The position numbers and the translations under genes were made by a program. A DNA stretch of 64,000 bases from Planctomycetota bacterium (GTDB lineage Bacteria; Planctomycetota; B15-G4; JADJEK01): contig JBGAIQ010000019.1 of NCBI GenBank assembly GCA_044225365.1, forward strand, positions 45,754 through 109,753. The letters are read 5' to 3'. Below are positions 60,216 to 64,000 of the stretch, in pieces. Numbering within the stretch: the first letter of the stretch is position 1; each line of letters starts with the position of its first letter. Below the pieces are notes generated by a model. The model made no database searches, had not been told where the DNA came from, and worked only from the letters and a program-made list of their open reading frames with translations.

Positions 60216-61826
60216 TCAGTTCGGACGGATTCCGGGGTTCGTCGCGGGCACCGACGTGTCGGCGCCGCCCATGGCCTTGGCTTCGGCCTCGAGCTCTTCC
60301 GGCGTGCGAGCGTCCTCGCCGAGCGACGGAATGCGACTCTTCATCGTGACGACGATCATGCTCTTCTGGTCGAGCTTCGACTTGCCGCCGAACAGGTAGC
60401 CGAGGATCGGAATGTCCCCGAGGCCCGGCATCTGGTTCGCGCCGTCATTGCGGCGACTCCGCACGAGGCCTCCGATCGTGATCTCGTTCGGGCTCGGCGG
60501 CAGACGGAAGACCGTGTTCGCCGTTCGACTCGCGAGGACCGGCGTGCCGTCGTCCTGGTACCCGGTGATGTCGACGATCGACATGTTGAAGGTCACCGTG
60601 ACGAGGTTCGCGTGGATGATGGGCTGGAGCTGCAGGAAGAAGCCGCTCTTCACCGAGCCCAGCGTGCGCGGTTGGAGGGTGGGGACGACCGTGCGGTTGT
60701 CGGGATAATCCGCGACCTTGACGCCGTACGTGTCCGTCTTCTCACCCGTCGCACTCGTATCGGTGAACGGCTCCAGATTGCCGTATGGATCGAGCGGCTC
60801 GATCCGCGCACCCGCGCGCTGGTCGGGAGCGTGATTCACCTTGTAGAACAGCGTCTCCTCGCCGATCTCGAGCGAGGCCGTCGCACCCGTGAGGGCCGTG
60901 AGCTTCGCGCGAGTCATCGTCCGACCGTAGCCGTTGCTCGCGAGGTAGTCGAAGTACGCCGAGGGGACGTCGTACATGTACGCCAGGTTGCGACCGGTGC
61001 TCTCGTACTCGCTCTCGGGCAGGCCGTAGACGCCCTTGCCGGAGTTGTAGATCAGCGAACCGGCGCCTTGCTTCTTCGCACGGGCGTCGAAGTTGTCGAT
61101 CTTCTCGCGCTGGGCGAAGGCACCCGCGGCGAACAGATTGCGACCGGGGCCGTTCTTCCACGATACGTAGTCGAGACCGATCGTGCCGTCGTCGGTGAGA
61201 TCGATCTCGTAGACCGTCGTGATCGCCTCCCAGTTGGCGGTCGGAACGTCGAATTCCGCCCACGCCTTGCCGACCGACTCGAAGCCGGAGGGGCTCTCCT
61301 CGAGGTACATGCCGTTGATCTGGGTGTCGGGGAGCGCGATGACCGTCGGCGTACCGGCGAGCGCGAGTTCGCCGATGAAGCCGGGATCGCTCACGTCACG
61401 GTGCTTCGGCTGGAACATCGCGCGCTTGTCGCCACCGGAGCTGGTGAGATCGGCGCGGTCGAGCTGCGCCATCATCTCGTCGAGGCCCGCGAGCTGGTAC
61501 TCGGGGCACACGCAGAGGATCTTGCCGCTCTTCATGTCTTCGTTCGCGAACGAGTACCACGCACCCTCTTCGATCTCCATGAAGCGCCGCACGAAGCGGA
61601 TCACGGCGAACGGGTTGACGTTCTTGAACTCGTACACGCGGGGGAAGTAGCGATTCGTCTGCGCCTTGTTCGTCGTACGCAGCACCTTCACGAGGCGCTG
61701 CGGAAGCTCCGTCGCGTCGAGGGTCGCATTGCCCTCGATCGGTTTTGGGTTCGATGCGTCCTGAGCGAGAGCGATGCTCGAGAGTGCCGCCGTGGCGGGC
61801 ACGAGAGCGATCCACCAACTACGCAT
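60216..61826 (-). CDS. Secretin-family outer membrane protein (paralog A)
   Basis: AGGAGGAG RBS; signal peptide; ITIGGL..QMPGLGDIPILGYLFG signature. Confidence 0.82.
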   Translation of the reverse strand: MRSWWIALVPATAALSSIALAQDASNPKPIEGNATLDATELPQRLVKVLRTTNKAQTNRYFPRVYEFKNVNPFAVIRFVRRFMEIEEGAWYSFANEDMKSGKILCVCPEYQLAGLDEMMAQLDRADLTSSGGDKRAMFQPKHRDVSDPGFIGELALAGTPTVIALPDTQINGMYLEESPSGFESVGKAWAEFDVPTANWEAITTVYEIDLTDDGTIGLDYVSWKNGPGRNLFAAGAFAQREKIDNFDARAKKQGAGSLIYNSGKGVYGLPESEYESTGRNLAYMYDVPSAYFDYLASNGYGRTMTRAKLTALTGATASLEIGEETLFYKVNHAPDQRAGARIEPLDPYGNLEPFTDTSATGEKTDTYGVKVADYPDNRTVVPTLQPRTLGSVKSGFFLQLQPIIHANLVTVTFNMSIVDITGYQDDGTPVLASRTANTVFRLPPSPNEITIGGLVRSRRNDGANQMPGLGDIPILGYLFGGKSKLDQKSMIVVTMKSRIPSLGEDARTPEELEAEAKAMGGADTSVPATNPGIRPN

Positions 61827-62058
61827 GATGCGAACTCCTCCTAGTAAAGTTCTTGGTGCGGCAGAGTGCCGCTCCGGAAAGAGAGAAATCATTCCTTCGT
61901 TCGCGCCGCCGTGATCGCCTCGACCCTTGTCGGGTCATCGAGTACACCAGCCAACCGCTTGGCCGCGCACTCTCCGAGTCGGCATCAAGTTGTGACGGCG
62001 GATTCGCTAAGTTTTCGCAAAGATCGTTCCAGCAGCGTATGCAGCCGCGAGACGTGAA

Positions 62059-62877
62059 TCACTTTCGCTTGCCACGCTCCGCGGCGACTGTCGTATTGGC
62101 CTCGCGCTTGAAACTCCCGGTGTACGGGCTCACGAGGGCCGATTTGTCTTGGGGCTTCGTGCTCGCTGCGGGCGCTTCCTTTGCAGTGGGCGCAGTCGGC
62201 GCCGGCGCGGCCGGCGGCGCGTGCAGAGTCACGAGCCATACGTTGAGGCGAGTCTCGTCCTTCGCGAGGACGGCTTCGGCCGGGATGTCGTCGCCGAGCT
62301 TGAAGTGCTCACGCGCGACCCGGATCGCTTCGGCCTCGGTGAGAAGTCCCTCGCGATCGCGATCGAATTTCGTCGATCCTTCGATCGCGAAACCGACGAT
62401 CGCCGAGGAGACCTCCGCGTTCTGCACCGACTTCTCGTCGGTCCGGTAGCGGGCGAACATCTCGTATTTGCCGGCCTTTCGCCCGTAGCGATACACGAGG
62501 AGCTTTCGCTCGAACGACTCACCGGCCTCGACGTCCTGCATCGAGGTCGTCTCGTCGGGCGCGCTGAGGTACTGGACGGAATCGATCGTCTCGGGATCGC
62601 CGTCGACGCGATGCGCGTAGAACTCGCAGATCCCGGCTCCGGGCACGGCGATGACGTTTCGCTCGGTACCCGTGTTCTTCACCGAGACCGTCGCGATCAT
62701 CGGTTCGCCGATCTGATAGGTTTCCTTGTCGAGCTTCAGGGTGACCTCGACCTTCGGGGTCTCGAGATCGAGCTCTCCGCTCCCGCCCTGGAGGATGCAG
62801 CCGGTGATGCCGAGGGAGAGGGGAAGCAGCAGCGCTGACGCTGCGAGGTGCGACCGTAGACTGCGAGAGAATCGCAT
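62059..62877 (-). CDS. Lipoprotein with Ig-like domain
   Basis: ITGC lipobox; LDKETYQIGEPMIATVSVKN. Confidence 0.75.
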   Translation of the reverse strand: MRFSRSLRSHLAASALLLPLSLGITGCILQGGSGELDLETPKVEVTLKLDKETYQIGEPMIATVSVKNTGTERNVIAVPGAGICEFYAHRVDGDPETIDSVQYLSAPDETTSMQDVEAGESFERKLLVYRYGRKAGKYEMFARYRTDEKSVQNAEVSSAIVGFAIEGSTKFDRDREGLLTEAEAIRVAREHFKLGDDIPAEAVLAKDETRLNVWLVTLHAPPAAPAPTAPTAKEAPAASTKPQDKSALVSPYTGSFKREANTTVAAERGKRK

Positions 62878-63011
62878 CCGTCGTCCGTTTCTGTGAGGTT
62901 CCTCGTGATGCGTGCGAATTCTTTCAACACCAACTGGGAAATCCAGTGCGCGTTTTCGGCATTCGCGGGAGCAGGCATTCGAGGAAAGTCTCCGACCGTA
63001 GGATCGAGGAA

Positions 63012-63794
63012 ATGATGCGCAAGGAGCACGCCGACATTTCGGACATGGAAGTCGCAATTGCCGCCGCGAGCGCGGGTTCGGCAGTCGTACGTGCGGCGTT
63101 CGGACGCAGGGTCGAGGTCGAGATCAAACCCGATCACTCACCGGTGACCGCCATCGATCGCGAAGCGGAGCGGGTGATCGAGACCGAGATCGCCGCGCAT
63201 CGGCCGAACGACGGCTTCTTCGGCGAGGAGTCGGGTCGCAGCGATGGGCCGTCGGGAAGGCTCTGGGTCGTCGATCCTTTGGACGGGACCAAGAATTTCC
63301 TCCGGCGTCTGCCGTTCTGCTCGGTGCAAGTCGCGTTGTTCGCCGAGGGCGACTTCCAGGTCGGGGCGTCCGCGGCGCCGAGCTTCGACGAGACGGCCGC
63401 CGCGGCGAACGGTAACGGAGCGTTCCTGAACGGTGAACGCATCCACGTGAGCTCGGTCGATCGCATCGAAGCCGCGTCACTCTCGTTCGGGAACCTGAAG
63501 ACCCTCGCGCGGGGCAGGGGCTGGGCGCGGCTCGGCGATCTCGTGCGTCGCGCCGATCGCACGCGCGGCTACGGCGACTTCTTCCACTATCACGCGCTCG
63601 CCGCCGGGAAACTCGACGTCGTGATCGAATCGGACGTGTCGATCTACGACGTCGCCGCGCTCGCGGTGATCGTGCGCGAAGCGGGTGGCCGCGTCACCGA
63701 TCTGAACGGCGGTCCCCTGAGTCTGAGCTCGACCTCGATCGTCGCGACGAACGGATTCCTGCACGATGCGGTGCTCGAGGCGCTGGCGTCGTGA
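63012..63794 (+). CDS. Inositol monophosphatase family protein (histidinol-phosphatase HisN-like)
   Basis: GEE, WVVDPLDGTKNF, RGYGDF and YDVAA motifs. Confidence 0.9.
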   Translation: MMRKEHADISDMEVAIAAASAGSAVVRAAFGRRVEVEIKPDHSPVTAIDREAERVIETEIAAHRPNDGFFGEESGRSDGPSGRLWVVDPLDGTKNFLRRLPFCSVQVALFAEGDFQVGASAAPSFDETAAAANGNGAFLNGERIHVSSVDRIEAASLSFGNLKTLARGRGWARLGDLVRRADRTRGYGDFFHYHALAAGKLDVVIESDVSIYDVAALAVIVREAGGRVTDLNGGPLSLSSTSIVATNGFLHDAVLEALAS

Positions 63795-63800
63795 TCGACG

Positions 63801-63858
63801 GGACCGCCGGGCTCCGCCCGGCGTGGTTCAGGAGATGCCGGGCGGAGCCCGGCGGTCC
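63801..63858. repeat. REPIN-like inverted pair of REP palindromes
   Basis: GGACCGCCGGGCTCCGCCCGGC at 63801-63822 and its perfect inverse at 63837-63858. Confidence 0.88.
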
Positions 63859-63860
63859 GC

Positions 63861-64000
63861 GTGTGCTGAGCATGTTCAACGGTCGAGGGTGCAAGTCCCT
63901 CGTTCAACTTGATGGAGGTGCAGAACACGCGTAACGCAGAGGCCGGCCCGCGAGGGAGGTCCGAAGGAAGCGTGAAGCGAAGGTGCGGGTCGATGAACAA
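63861..64000 (+). mobile_element. 5' end of a group II intron (IIC-like), truncated by the window edge
   Basis: GTGTG (GUGYG) start, GAGGGTGCAAGTCCCTC hairpin and CCCGCGAGGG..GAAGGAAGC pattern, directly after a stem-loop. Confidence 0.7.

Noticed and set aside
58461-61844. 1127-aa plus-strand ORF
   Set aside because: Antisense shadow spanning the two in-frame secretin genes.
63644-64000. 118-aa minus-strand ORF at the window end
   Set aside because: It crosses the REP pair and the monophosphatase gene; the region is better explained as intron RNA.

Overview
A GC-rich bacterial chromosomal window, probably from a Planctomycetota genome. That call is inferred from the ftsZ-less dcw cluster, two prenyltransferase-repeat proteins, VIT/vWA and FG-GAP proteins, and several ECF sigma factors. 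Core content: dnaE; a dcw cluster (mraZ-rsmH-ftsL-like-ftsI-murE-murF-[ncRNA]-mraY-ftsW-LysM-murG-murC-murB, with no murD, ddl, ftsQ, ftsA or ftsZ); recJ; selA; a selD with an in-frame UGA (selenocysteine); lpxB; ilvE; and clpP. Signals the ORF track misses or does not explain: (1) a REP/REPIN-like palindrome family with compensatory changes at four intergenic sites, the last followed 2 nt later by the probable 5' end of a group II intron; (2) an operon of two paralogous, atypical secretins plus a lipoprotein, with no secretion machinery nearby; (3) a membrane-anchored protein with an N-terminal HEPN-like RX4H domain; (4) a 149-nt rod-like, 6S-like RNA between murF and mraY; (5) a probable frameshift at the 3' end of the VIT/vWA gene. 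All calls come from manual motif reading; no database searches were run. Many start codons were moved downstream of those in the ORF track.
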